Positions 51,406 through 64,000 of a stretch of DNA of 64,000 nt are shown one piece after another. The DNA comes from Felis catus (lineage: Eukaryota): the NCBI RefSeq assembly GCF_018350175.1, contig NC_058368.1, positions 154,754,001 to 154,818,000 of the forward strand. Reading direction: 5' to 3'. The notes beneath the pieces are model-generated. The model did not search any database. It worked only from the letters and a program-made list of their open reading frames with translations, and had not been told where the DNA came from. Both the position numbers and the translations under genes were made by a program. Within the stretch, counting starts at the first letter, position 1; every line of letters starts with the position of its first letter.

Positions 51406-53319
51406 ATGCAAGTGGGTCTTATGGAAAAAAATTGGGTTCTTGTCATTTTTATTAGTAAAAGATTAGCTGGCTTTAGGGGATCTAAATAACACAGAATCAC
51501 TTCACAACCAGAAACGACGAAGATATGAACTCTAGGCTAACAGTAATGGGAAAAATAATTTCAAACTGAAGGCAAAACCACTTCGTTTTGTGCACAATGT
51601 CTGAATGCCTTCCCCTGGACTTTAAATAAAAAATGGAAAACATTTTAGCAAATATAGGGAAGCCCTGAGTATATGGCACTGAGAGGCATTTTTGATGTTT
51701 TTGCATTTTTGTGCAGGGAGAGCCGTAAAAGGTTGCCAGTGGGGTATTGTAAAACCACAGTTAACAGTGAATTTTAGATAGATATAACCAGTTAAAGGTG
51801 ATTGAATATCAAGGGTTGAGTAGTGCTTATTATAGCTGCTGTTGGGAGACTTCAATTCATTATTGTAACAGAATGAAAACAGCATTGCTGCTGTCCAGGA
51901 CATGCTTGTAGTATTGATTGGGTATCTCCAAAGTCTTCTCTTAGGATGCAGAGTGCAGTCAAACATGCACAAACATCACTCAGTTCCCTTGATTCTGTCA
52001 TGTGCTCCTTGTACCTCACACTAAAGCAGCCTTAAGACACAGGAAAATGCTTCTTTATTTGAAGGCAGACAGGGCTCTAAGCCTGACTCCAGGGGCTATG
52101 CAGATGTGGTGACCTTTCTTCCAGAGACCAGATTTCACACTCAAATTGTCATTACAGCTTGATTTTCCCTAGAGGTTCCCAGTCAACTTGTGTGCTCTCT
52201 CCATTAGGGTTAAAAGTCAGAGTGGCATCATGCCCACTTTGCATACTAAATAAAATGGAACATAAATAAAAGCAGGGAATGACCCTCCCTCCTGAAGAAA
52301 TGGCATCAGCCACAATCTAGCCAGAGGTAGACAGGCCCGGTCAAAATTGCACAAAACCAGGATAAACACTTTGGCCAGAATTTCATAGGATCTTATGGCT
52401 CTAGCAGTGATCAGTTATCTAGCAGTGATTCAGTTACCTCTAAACTAGAATAATATCCCCTCCTTTTAATTTTTGGAAACAGTAATAACTACTGACTCAG
52501 CCTATGTGGATCTAGAAACCCTCTATCTTTCTCATACCCTCTGGCTGTCTCCATAAGCTTAAGATCATTAATCTGATCGTTCGGGAACAAAAAAGTAAAA
52601 AGGAAAGAAAGAACATTTTTAAAAATCTACAGCCTGTAACACAAAAATGAACTGGTTGGGGGCCTTTAATTAGAATGGCAAAATGTCTACATCAAGAGTA
52701 TCCGTTTATAAAACAGTTTTGTTTCCTTTGCCTGTGTAGGTTGCCTCAGGACAAAATGACCTTAACAAAAGGCCATGATCTCTCAATTTCATAATGCAGC
52801 TTATTTTAAGTTTGTCTCATAAATGAAATTTGCAAAGAGGAAATTTCTCTAATGTCCCAAATGAATCAGCCTAACGTTGCAGAGATGAGAGGTAGTGTTG
52901 ACCTACTGATATGCTGTGTTTGCCCCCATAGACCTATGCCAAGAATATGCTTTACCAAAGTAGAAGCCTTTCTGCTTAATTAAGTACCTCTTGATTTGAA
53001 ATGCCAACGCAAACAGCTCCATTTTCTCGTTAAAAGGGGGAGAGATGGTGAGAACTGAAATTGTTCACAAAAATATTTCTTAGGATTTCAGGAAATCCCA
53101 GGATAGGGAATGTGAGAACAACGCAGGGGAAATCTCCATCCTATCAGACCTGTAGATTAAAATACCAGCAACAGATCTGAAGCTGGGATATACTCCAACA
53201 TCCAAACACGAGATCTAGTCATAGTATCTGGATTTGGCATGATGTTTGTAGTTTTATCTACAGGTTTGGGGCGATTATCTCATTTAAAATGAAGATTTGT
53301 ATCTCAGTAAAGATGCAAT

Positions 53320-53535
53320 ATACCACAGTGATGTTGTAGAAAGACGCATCAGAAGACATGGGTTCTAGTCCTGACTCCAATATTTGTGGTATAACCTTGA
53401 GCTAGTCACTCTCTCTCTTTGAACTTTTTATTTCTAATAGGCAAATTAAGGCTGACATATGCTTTGTCTATTTCTCAGGATTATTCTCAGATTACATGAT
53501 CTAATTCATATGAGAGTTAATTGGAAAATTATGAA
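53320..53535 (+). mobile_element. MIR relic
   Basis: 'tcagaagacatgggttctagtcctgactcc...accttgagctagtcact'. Confidence 0.7.
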
Positions 53536-53538
53536 CAT

Positions 53539-53577
53539 GATAGATAGATAGATAGATAGATAGATAGACAGACAGAC
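53539..53577. repeat. (GATA)7(GACA)n tetranucleotide microsatellite
   Basis: Direct reading of the sequence. Confidence 0.95.
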
Positions 53578-53911
53578 TGACCCTACTATTATCAGTTTGC
53601 CACTAAAAGTTAATGTGCCTAAAATGAACAAAATTCCTCTTGCTAACCTTTGGGCCAATTATGGCTTTCTAGCTCTCTTTTACCTTTTCCCCGGCTCCAA
53701 GTTTCCCGGAAACAGATTTTCCATCATGTGCCAAAACCATCTTTAATTAGGTGATTCCTAAGTCAAGGTCATCCTCCCTGGTCTTTTCTCCAAACCTGAC
53801 TCTCCATGGGGTTCATCTCCACATAATTAACATGGCATCCTTCACAACAACCTAACTGAAGAGGGAGATCCTGTATTTTTCCCTTTGAGTCAACACTCTG
53901 TTCATGGCTTT

Positions 53912-53957
53912 AAAACAAAACAAAACAAAACAAAACAAAAAACAAAATAAAACAAAA
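53912..53957. repeat. (AAAAC)n pentanucleotide repeat
   Basis: Direct reading of the sequence. Confidence 0.9.
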
Positions 53958-54864
53958 TTATGATCTCTACTCTGTCCCAAACCACATTTTTAGCTTCCCT
54001 TCAATCTGAACCCTTTTATTTCATAGTAATGAAAACAATTATTACTTTTTTCTGATCACGTTCAGAATCACTAAGGTATTTTAAATATGTTTCTGGCCTG
54101 TCCCACTAGATTGTAAGCATAAAAGAAGAAGAGTGTGTCCTGTTCAGGCAGTGAGCTTAGTACTGCAAATGCCACAATGAACCAATCCCAGCTTTATCAT
54201 CATGGGATATACGCAGTCTCTGTATTTACAGTGAATTTAAAGATCACTCTCAACTTCCCACATGCTTTCTCAGGGTACATGGAGGGGAGCTAATTCACTC
54301 TCCTCCTCCAAAATGATTCTTGAGACTTCCCTGTCTTCCAAAGGCAATCTCATACATTATACACAGTGTTTAATCAATGAAAATTACAGTCTTATGTAGG
54401 ACGTACCTCTGGTTATGCTCGTGATTTCTTCCACATTCTCATCTAAACCCACCTCCTCGCCCTGTCTTGTTAATGTAAACTGGTGACACCCTTGGAGAAC
54501 AAGTAATTATCTTTTATTGGTGAAGGCCTGCTATGACCAAAGCCCCTAACACAGATGATTTCCATTCCTCACCACAAACTCATTTTTGCAAATGACAAAG
54601 TTGAGACAAAAGGGTAAACTAACTTTACTTATTCCATAAAGATAATAAATACCTGAGCTACGAATTCTTGAATTCTTTATCAGGTCATTCTGACTCTGAA
54701 GACTGTAATATATTCCCTCATATCTCCAACAGATTGGCTTTCTTCCCTATGTATTGACTTCTATAACCTCATTTTAGGGAACTCATTTTGACATAAATCT
54801 GCATTCTATGATGCCTCCAAAACTCATCATTGCTCACGTTCTAATTCATAATAATTTCCTGTGA

Positions 54865-55070
54865 TCACATTATGCTTTATAGTTTCTCGGAGCACTTTTA
54901 CATAAATGATCCCATTTGATGCTCATGGGAAACCTGAGGAACGCTGGACAGGTGTTATGCATTTACCATGAAAAAAACAAAACAAGTCCTTAGGTTAAAG
55001 GATTGCTCACATCATTACAATTCTAAGCAACACAATCATGACTAGACTTTATGTATTCTTCTCCACCTCC
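54865..55070 (-). mobile_element. MIR relic
   Basis: 'agcacttttacataaatgatcccatttgatgctca' and 'ggttaaaggattgctca'. Confidence 0.65.
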
Positions 55071-55879
55071 AGAGCTCCAAACTTATAGATTCACATATTA
55101 TTATGTAGACCTATAATTGTAGTTTAGAGTACACATTTCATAGTCAAGAAGTTTCAGGGCTCAAAACTCTTTCTTTTTCTCCTAATTGGACTTAATTTCT
55201 TCCTTAAAACCTTATTTCTGCCTGAGAATAGAAACAACATAGTCACACAGGGAAATATAGGTAAATCCCTGATTACTCAGAAAACATTTTATGAGTAAAC
55301 ACCTTTGACTGACTCTCTTTCTACTCTGGGCCTCTCCTTCTTTTACTTTTCTTCCTTGGCCTGGTGGCCCATGTGCCCTCCTGACATAAAGTGCAGACAT
55401 TTGGCCCAGGGTCATTGGTACCTGCTCACATGGGCATCAGGGAGTTATGACTTAGCCAGCCTGGGATTTAGACATTAGCCTTGGTCTACACGGCATTGAC
55501 TGCTTACTTATGAAGCTCTTCTGTGGCCACATAGTACCATCCTTTGTGTCCCTTTGGTCCCAATCCAACTTTTAGCCATTTCTCTGGACCTCTCAGAAAC
55601 AACACAATTATAAGATGTCTTCTTGTGCTCCCCAGGGCTACAGGAGGCTTGAGAGCCATCTCATTGTCTTGAACCTTCTTTCTTAAGAAGTAATGTCTCG
55701 TTGCTGTACTGCACTACTTTAGAGGACCTCTACATCAGGCTTTTTGCCACCCCAGGGTTCTTTTTTAGGAGAAAACTGTGAGTTTCCTCTGCTATCGAAG
55801 ACTGGCAAACCCTCCAAGTGTTATTATCATCCAATGCCCCTCTTCCAACAAGCCTCCTTCAGTATCAACTGCATTAATT

Positions 55880-56045
55880 AATTATGTATTTTAACAAAAG
55901 TTTATATGGCACTTATTCTTTGTTCTAAATACTACTATTACAAACTCTATTTTATAGATGGATATATAAGTCACAGAGAGGATACGTTACCTGTCCAGAA
56001 TCACACAACTGGTAAAGAGCAGAACTGGGATTTGAACGTTGGCAG
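55880..56045 (-). mobile_element. MIR relic
   Basis: 'attttatagatgg...cacagagagg...tcacacaactggtaaagagcagaactgggatttgaac'. Confidence 0.75.
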
Positions 56046-56739
56046 TTAATAACGATGGCTAGTAAGTGATTCACAGGAGTATATTAACCAGACCAGAGTA
56101 ATGAGGACCTTAACAAGATGCCATTTATAAACTTTACTCAAAGTGATCTCAGAGAGATAAAGTGCTTCACATAGACTAACTAGTGCATTATGCCTGCTTG
56201 GACTATTTGATGTCCCTAAGAACCTTTCTTTGTGGGCACGGTTCTATTTACATGTCAAGAGACACAGATGACTCTTTCAGAGCGAGAAATGGTGATTCTG
56301 TTGTATCATATTCTAAAATATAACAGTACCAAGGACAGGTATGTATTTCAATAATAAATGTTTTATATTTAAATTCAACATGGTCATGCAGATGATTACA
56401 GTATAGACAGCTCTTATTTAAGTATATGTTACTCATATTAGTGACAGAGTTTTTGGAAAGAAGAAATAAAAAGAACATTTCAGAGAATATATCTGAAGTT
56501 TTCTTCAATATCTTAACTTCAATATCATCTCTAACATTTTGTGAAATTAAGCTTAGAGTTGTAGATATGCTTCACAATGAAATTTCTTTTCCTGACACAT
56601 GAAGCAATCTTTCTAGAAAACCAAAGCTTTCAATATACTTACATTTTAAAAAAATCATCTATAATAATAGATAACTTCATCTTCTGGGTAAGATTAAGTT
56701 ACAGGGCCAGAATTATCCTTCTATATGAGATAAACAAAG

Positions 56740-57560
56740 AAACGGACAGTTGTTTTCAAGTGATCTCTGTGACAGGAAACAAATGAGACAAAACTTTTGC
56801 CCCAGTCATGGCTGTGAGAGAGTTTCTGGCCTTTGGTGCAGATATGGGGAGCCCAGAGGAAGTCAGCAAATTCCCTGAGTTAAGAAGATGGAGGGGAGAC
56901 ACCAGGGAGATGAGGGCAGCTAAAGTTCACAAGACAGAATATCACAGAACCAGTTCTCTTTCAAAGGGAACTGAACAGAGAGAGAGCCTGGAGATCTGCA
57001 GAGGGTCTGCATAAAGTATTCTCTTGGGTGCTGAGCAATTCATGCTCTGAGGAAACCACACAAGGCTGAGGAAAGAGGCATCTGAGAGGAGTAGAGGTAA
57101 CAGTGCCCAGCATGACCACAGGGCCAGGCTAGAAAAAACAAGATTCACAGGGAACTGAGTAGAATAGCTAGAAGGATCTTACCTCAGTAGTAGGGTTCCT
57201 TTTACTGAGGATTATCTGGGCTAATAAGTCTTAAATGAAAAACATCAAAGGACCAAACTGTTTCTAAGTAACGTAGCTGCATTACGGAACCAGACACAAG
57301 AATATTTATAGGAATTCAAAAATATCCAGCACAGAGCAAAGTTAAATTATGTCTGGCATCTAATGAAAAATACCAGTCATGCAAACAAGGAAGAAAATAA
57401 GACCCATAAAGAGGAAAAATAAACAATTGAAATCAACCCTGAGCGGATACAGATGCTAAAATTAACACAGTTTATCATAACATATGTTTAAAAAGCTAGG
57501 TAGGGATATAAAGATATCAAAATACCTGACTCAAACTTACAGAGATGAAAAAAGGTTTAA
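56740..57560 (+). mobile_element. Old LINE-1 5'UTR and ORF1 start
   Basis: 'aaaatatccagcacagagcaaagttaaattatgtctggcatctaatgaaaaataccagtcatgcaaacaaggaagaaaata' and 'acagatgctaaaattaac'. Confidence 0.75.
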
Positions 57561-57574
57561 AAATGAACATTAAG

Positions 57575-57810
57575 TGTTAGCAATCATTTGTAGGAACTGG
57601 AATTCTCATGCACTATTGGAGGGAATTTAAATGGTACAATCATGGGGCAACTGGGTGGCTCAGTCGGTTGAGCGTCTGACTTTGGCTCAGGTCATGATCT
57701 CATGGTCCATGAGCTCAAGCCCCGTGTCGGGCTCTATGCTGACAGTTCAGAGCCTGGAGCCTGCTTTGAATTCTGTGTCTTCCTCTCTCTCTGCCTCTGC
57801 CCTGCTTGTG

Positions 57811-57843
<33 letters not shown>

Positions 57844-58492
57844 TCAAAGAAAAACAAGTAAACATTTTTTTTTAATTTTAATAGTACAATCACATTGGAA
57901 GACAATTTTATAATGTGATAAAAAGTTAAAAAATACCTTCCATATGATCCAACCATTCCATTCCTGAGTTCATCTGAGAAAGTGAAAGTATATGTCCATG
58001 CAAAGACTTGTACACAATCATTTATAGAAGTTTTATTTATAATAACTCCAAAATGGAAATAATGCAAATTTTCATCAATATATGAAAGGATAAAGAAACC
58101 TTAGTATATCAATATGGAATACTACTCATCCATAAAAGAGGATGAAGTATTCCTTTCCTCAACAAGATGGATGAATTTCAAAATAATTGTGTTAATGAGA
58201 GAAGTTAGACAAAAATGCTGCATGATGCTAGTTATGCTAAATTCTGGGAAATACAAACTAATCTATAGTGACCAAACACAGATTTGGTTTTCTGGGTTCA
58301 GTGTGGAGGTTAAGATGGGTTGGGAAGAAGAGATTACCAAGAGCCAGGAGACAACTTGTAGCACTGATGGATATGCTCACCATCTTGATTATGATGGTAG
58401 TTTCATGAGTATATACACGTGTGGTAACTCCAAGTTGTTTACCTAAATATATTCAGCTTATTGTATGTCAGTTATATATTAATAAAGCTGCT
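57575..58492 (+). mobile_element. Old LINE-1 3' end (L1MC/ME-like), interrupted by a SINE
   Basis: 'aactggaattctcatgcactattggagggaat', 'ccatatgatccaaccattccattcct', 'atggaatactactc' and end 'tatattaataaagctg'. Confidence 0.85.
57644..57878 (+). mobile_element. Can-SINE
   Basis: Head 'ggggcaactgggtggctcagtcggttgagcg'. TSD aatggtacaatca / aatagtacaatca. Confidence 0.95.
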
Positions 58493-58589
58493 TCTAAAAA
58501 CCACATACACATAAAAAGAATGAAAGAAACAGTTTCACATGAGAAGATTTTCTAGCACAGAGTAGGAACAGTTAAATTTGTTTCACCCT

Positions 58590-58805
58590 GGGGTGCCTGG
58601 GTGGCTCAGTTGATTAAGCATCCTACTTCAGCTCAGGTCATGATCTCATGGTTCATGAGTTCAAGTTCCACTTCGAGCTCTGTACTGACTACTCAGAGCC
58701 TGGAACCAGCTTCAGATTCTGTGTCTCCTTTTCTCTGTGCCCCTCCCCTGCTTACACTCTGTTTCTGTCTCAAAAATAAAATAAACATTTAAAAAAAATT
58801 TTTTT
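58590..58805 (+). mobile_element. Can-SINE
   Basis: TSD aatttgtttcaccct / aatttgttttaccct. Confidence 0.95.
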
Positions 58806-60055
58806 AATTTGTTTTACCCTTCACCTCTTCCTATAATTTGCACTTGAGGTGTTAATTGTATGTGATTTTATTTTTCCACTATATTGAAAGTAAATTTATA
58901 GGACCATTCTTCTCCGTATTAAGTTTTTAAGGAAATAATCAAATGTGCTCAAAAATAAGTCATGCTCAATATTTTACATTCAGGCCTTTCCATCAGAATA
59001 TAATGACCTAAATTTCCATGATCACAATATATATTCAATATCTATGCCAGAATTTATTGGAAAAATATAAAATGTAATTTAGTAATGTATATTTGAAGAA
59101 AAAGAAAATATTTTTCAAAAGTAGATGAGGTATAATTATAAGATTGTTGAGAAAATTTTGAGGTTTGAATATTCTTGTATGACAATTTTTTTCTATAATA
59201 GAGCATTAAAGCAATTTAGAATTTTACATTATCTTGGGACAATAGGCCTAGGCAATTGTGAAATCTGAGGTATGAAATGTCACTAGGGATTTTCATACTC
59301 TTTACCGGAAGATAATGTTGTGGAAAATGATCAGTTTCAAAGACTATTTCCAATGGATAACAGAATCACTTCTACAAGATCAGTGAGTGTCCTATCATGT
59401 GAGAAGAGGCTCCTAATGCATTTTTCCTTCCTCTAGTCTCTTCTTCCTTTAGTTCATTTTTCATATTGTTTCCAGACTTTCAGAAGTAAAGATTTGATCA
59501 TGTCACTCCTCTATTCTAAAGCCTTCCATGACTGTGCAGTATTTAAGGCCTTAGAGTATGTGCATCATTATTTCCCACAATCGCCTCTCTACCTCCTATG
59601 CCTTTGAAGTTTTATCTACAAAGAACTTAGAAATATTTTTCTTTCATTTATTAACATGTATGTATTAGTATTATTCTCATTATGTTTTATAAAGATCATT
59701 CCTCTGCTGTTTGGGGGAATTAATTGAAGGGGACTAAGAAAGAATAAAAGAAAACCATGGCATTAACCCTTGTGAGAGATAATTTCAGGTAATATCAATA
59801 CACAGGCTGCTCTCCCCTTCCATGTTTCCACCTATGGACTTCCTAAATAATATTCAGACCCTATAGCAGCGTAATTTCATTTGTAAGTTTTTTTTTTTTC
59901 CCCAATTGCGAAGACAGAATCCTTTTTGTTTTCCACTAGGCTCACTTACTCTCTCTATGTCTCTATACAGTACCTACCTCAGCTCAGAATAATCACTTCT
60001 GACCATGCTCTATTTTCCATGACCTTCTCACAAACCGGTATAAAGCGACTTAATA

Positions 60056-60557
60056 TGTTGGTCAGGGTCCCCTTGGGAAATGCGTGTCACACACAAAAGG
60101 AGTAATTGAAAAAGGTTTAACCACAGGACTCTTACGAGGTATGAATAGAGTTACATAAAACCAACAAGGGCTAGGGAAGCACCATTAGACAATCTTAAGA
60201 AGCTATTCGTCTTCTAGGCCTGAAGGGGCACGAGAAGTGAGCAGTTGCCAGAAGCCAGCATGAGCTACAACTACGAGGCCTCCTAGTAAATACTGTAGTA
60301 GAAGAATCCAGCCACCGACAAACTTCTCTTGAAAGGGAGCACAGAAACATAAATGCTGGCTTCACTCTCCCCTGGCCTTAGGAAGGCAAGGAACACTGGT
60401 AGACACACTCTTTCGAGGCTGGCCTCCAGGACACAAGGAGGGTTGGACAGGTGGACAGCGGACCTGGAGAGTGAAAGCAGAGCCCCCAGCAGTTCAGTCC
60501 ATGGGAAGAGAATGAGTGATTGAATCGACAAGCGGAAACATGAATCCATACGTGGAC
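60056..60557 (-). mobile_element. ERVL solo LTR (LTR33-like)
   Basis: 'ggtcagggtcc...cacacaaaaggagtaattgaaaaaggtttaa...aaaccaacaaggg...aggcctgaaggggca' matches the recalled LTR33 antisense. TG...CA ends. Confidence 0.7.
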
Positions 60558-60665
60558 AGAGAAGAGAAACCTACAGGGAGTTTGCATGTGGATTTTACTG
60601 TCTGACTGCACCAGGGCTACAATGGCAGCTAAAGATTAAATTCCAAGTCTCTGGAAAGTCTGTGT

Positions 60666-61090
60666 CAGTTCCTCATGAAGTGTTTTCTCGAGACCACCTG
60701 CACCAGATGGGGCACCTGGGTGACTCAGTCAGTTAAGCATCTGACTCTTGATTTCCTCTCAGGTCATGATCTCATGGTTCATGAGTTCAAGTCCGGCCTC
60801 AGGCTCCAGACCGACAGCGCGGAGCCTGCTTGGGATTCTCTCTCATCCTCTCTCTCTGTCCCTCCCCCGCTCACGCTCTCTTTCTCTCTCAAAATAAATA
60901 AATAAACATGAAAAAGAAGACCACTTGCATCAGAATTGACTGGATTACATGCTACATCAGAGCTGTAGACACTACATCAGGCCTACTGAATCAGAATCTC
61001 TAGGGATAAGACCTAGAAGTTATTAACAACCTCCCCAAGTAACTCTGATGAATCTCTCTCTATTGTTGTGTTGTATTTTGAGAAGCACTG
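60666..61090. mobile_element. MER5A-like hAT-Charlie DNA transposon fossil, split by a SINE
   Basis: 'gaccacctgca(t)cagaat', 'cctactgaatcagaatctct', 'ttaacaacctcccca' and terminal 'tttgagaagcactg'. Confidence 0.8.
60709..60917 (+). mobile_element. Can-SINE inserted in MER5A
   Basis: TSD agaccacctgcaccaga (60691-60707) / agaccacttgcatcaga (60918-60934). Confidence 0.95.
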
Positions 61091-62059
61091 ATCTTTAGCT
61101 TTTTAGAGTTATAAACTTCAGAACATAGTAGGCAATTTTCTCCAGTTTTTCAATTTACACTGGTTTTAACCTTCTTGATAAACTCTACCCCTTAGTTAAA
61201 GTGTTAACTTGGATCTGGAGATAATGTGAGACAAGCAAAACGCTCAATGCAAAAACTTCCAGGCGCTGAGCCCCTTGGGGTAAACTGTCACTGAAATCAG
61301 AAAGAAATCTGCGCTGGAGAGGTGTCTTTCTTTGCTTCTTCTCTTCCTGCCCAGAGTGTGTCTCAGGATGTCTCAACTCCCCAGCCCTTTGTCACAAACA
61401 GGTGGTCTGGAACCAAACTTAGTCATTACTATGCACCCTAATCCCAGAGGCCCCACAGCCCTTAGACTAGCAAAGCAAGCTCATTTTCAGGAAGCTTAAT
61501 GTTGGTGATATTTCATCAGATATTGGCAAGTGGCCTCCCTAACAAACACATCATCAGAAGCAATGTTACCGAAAGCAGCAAGTGCCAACTTGAGGATGAC
61601 AGCCCGGCCCTTAACGGAGCACCCCTGGGGACTCGTTATGAGGTGGTGGGAGAGGAGGAGGAAAGCACTTAGGGTGGGCCGCATGTGTGAGAACTGAGAC
61701 GGCCAGCCTCCCAACCGTGGCTCTGCAAACCTGTTCACTGACGAAATATCCAGGATGGGAATTAGAACTGTGTGACGTCAATATTGGAACATCAGAATCT
61801 GTCTCCTTTTTATCATCTAGACAGAAGAAAAATGTGTAATTTTTTTTTAATTGCAGGAATATAGAATCTATACTATCAAATAATTAGCTTCCTCTAGTGA
61901 TAATTGAGCCACCAATAAAATATATCAGATCTTATTAAACATATTTAGGCAGATGTCCTCATGTGTCAGCTCACAGGAGCATGCTGAAGGCCGGTGAAAT
62001 TAACTAGTGCTTAGGAATAGTTTTTAAAAATATTAGTGGAATACAGTAGCAATTATAAT

Positions 62060-62290
62060 AGTAATATTAGTATTACCTGTTACATATTGAGTAGTTGCTA
62101 TGTTCCATGTATGTATGACTTCATTTAATTGTTTTACCAACAACCTGAGTTTATATGTGTGATTTTTTTTTCCCCTATTTTACAAATGAAGAAACTGAGA
62201 CTTAAGAAAACTTTGACTTAAATTGTCAGGATCCTATAGTTTGTAAGGGGAAGCGGTGGAGTTCTAACTGAATAACTACGGATCCTATGT
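62060..62290 (-). mobile_element. MIR relic
   Basis: 'ccctattttacaaatgaagaaactgagacttaaga' core. Confidence 0.75.
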
Positions 62291-62759
62291 TTTGATAAAA
62301 AGTCATTCTACAGCATTTGATATATATCACCTTTAACTTCCCAAATATCACTTCAATTCTAGAAATGTGGACACTCTTTTAAACACACTTTCAAAGTAAT
62401 ATGTGGAATGTTACATATGTAACAACTATGGAATAAAATCACGGCCTTGGAGTCAGATAATAATTATGGTACTAATTAGCTCGATGGCTTTCATATTCCT
62501 GAAATACTGCTGTGAGTTGACAGAAAGTGCACTGAATACCTGTGTCAGTGTAGATATTCGTTAAGTGGTGGCCATCATTTTCTGGATTGGGTAATCTTCA
62601 CATTAAAACTCAAGGGGCCATTTTAAAAAGTAGATGCATTCACTTATATTTATTAATCAGCGTACTCACATATTGTCCTTCAGAGAAAAAGAATGTATTA
62701 GAATTCTGGATGTAGGAGGATCAGTCTTAGAGAGTAATTTTTTTTTATCTTAAAATAGG

Positions 62760-63200
62760 TGTCAATTTACCTTCAAATTAAACCGTACTTTTACTCTCTA
62801 GTTGAGATGCTTAAATCCGAAGCCACAGCTCAAGACTATGGTTAGAGAAGCAGCTGGGAAAAATGACTAAGCCATGAGAAATATAGGGGTGCTCTTGGGG
62901 TGCTAAGGTGGAAGGAGATGCAGTGAAACAGAGCTGAGGAAGTCAAGAAGGGACTTTGACACAATGATGTTATTAACGTGGATCATGAAAGAGTGGGAGG
63001 ATGACGTCAAATGTGAGGAGAAAAAGATTATGACCCATGTATTGAAGTCACCGAAGCAGATAAGGGTCACTGGAGTTGGTAGAGAAGAGCAATAAAGATC
63101 AAAAACAAACAAACAACAGTTTGCTGGGTCTTTGAAGGCGCTGAAAAGAAGTCTGTAAGCAGCAATAGGAAGCAAGGAGGATGCTAATTACCTAACCCAG
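62760..63200 (-). mobile_element. L2 relic (internal)
   Basis: 'atgacccatgtattgaagtcacc' and purine-rich L2 antisense text. Confidence 0.5.
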
Positions 63201-63399
63201 GTAAACCTCAAAGGCCAGTTTTTCTGCTCTTGGATTCTCAAGTCATGCCAGAGAGAGCTCTGTAACAAAACAGCCGGTTCTGTCACACGCTCAGCAGAAA
63301 CCAGCCACTCACTGCCACTGTTCAATGCTCTAATTTGTCTCTAAATTGACTGAATTTGCACAAGGGTGTTTCATTCCCTAAAGAGCAGAGGCCCCCACC

Positions 63400-64000
63400 C
63401 CCAGTTATTTTCTGCAAATAATTTCACCTTCTACCTAAGCGAGATGAAAAACTAGTGGCGACGAGCTTCCTCAGTTCCTCTCGTTTCTCGTCACAAACCT
63501 CAGCTTCTCCCTCCATCTTCTCCTCTCTCCCTCCCAATGCAAGTAAAGCAATAACTTCAGGACTCCTGCAGTTCTAACCTCCTTCAACCCCTTCCACATC
63601 CTCTGAGAGCTTGTCCCCAGAGCGCATACCTTTTCTCTTCTCTCCCTTGCTCTCTCACTCTCGCTCTCCCTCTCTCTCCCCCTGCCCTAGGTCCTCAGAC
63701 TGTAAGACTGCAGACGTGCTAACATGTATGCTCCCATCACACTACCACCCTGCCCGTGTGCTCGTTGACTGCTAGGTTTCTCACAAGCTCTTTCTTGGAA
63801 GAGGAGCCTCCATTTCCTCACTTTTCCTTTTGCCATTTGCTCCACTGATCCACTGAACTGCTCTCTCAGACGTGTAATAATAATCTGCCAAATCGAAGAA
63901 ATTTCTCTTCCTTCCTCACCCTTAACTGCTCTGTGGAATCTTTTGCATCATTGCCCTCCTCCAGTGCCTTCCATGATGCTGTTCTCAGATTGCTCCTTCC
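63400..64000 (+). mobile_element. L2 relic (ORF2 region)
   Basis: Pyrimidine-rich text: 'ccactgaactgctctctc', 'ttgccctcctccagtgccttccatgatgctgttctc'. Confidence 0.6.

Noticed and set aside
1073..63175. All ORF-track entries (60-118 aa) as protein-coding genes
   Set aside because: Many are frames through Can-SINEs (recurring AQVMIS/LEPASDSVS peptides) or L1/LTR relics. The rest have low-complexity, AT-biased composition, no recognisable domain and no consistent splice chain.

Overview
AT-rich mammalian non-coding DNA, almost certainly from a cat-family (Felidae) genome. The evidence is about 20 tRNA-derived Can-SINEs with (CT)n and A-rich tails, four of them near-identical CpG-intact feline-type copies. 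No protein-coding exon, RNA gene, CRISPR array or prokaryote-type system is supported: the ORF-track entries are short chance frames or frames through SINE, L1 and LTR sequence. The window looks intergenic or deep-intronic. It holds old L1 fragments (5'UTR/ORF1, ORF2 RT and 3' ends), MaLR/ERVL solo LTRs, hAT-type MER elements, MIR/L2/L4 relics and microsatellites. Repeat family names are from recall of consensus sequences, not a database search, and old-repeat boundaries are approximate. I found no new biological system. Best leads: a possible local inversion splitting an L1 ORF2 (junction ~1917); three SINEs inserted serially at one target site (33.0-33.7 kb); a close inverted pair of young SINEs (22.7-24.0 kb); two short duplications with a simple repeat expanded in one copy (39.7 and 44.7 kb); candidate regulatory motif clusters (26.2, 44.4, 19.15 kb); and a ~12 kb block lacking young insertions (41-53 kb).
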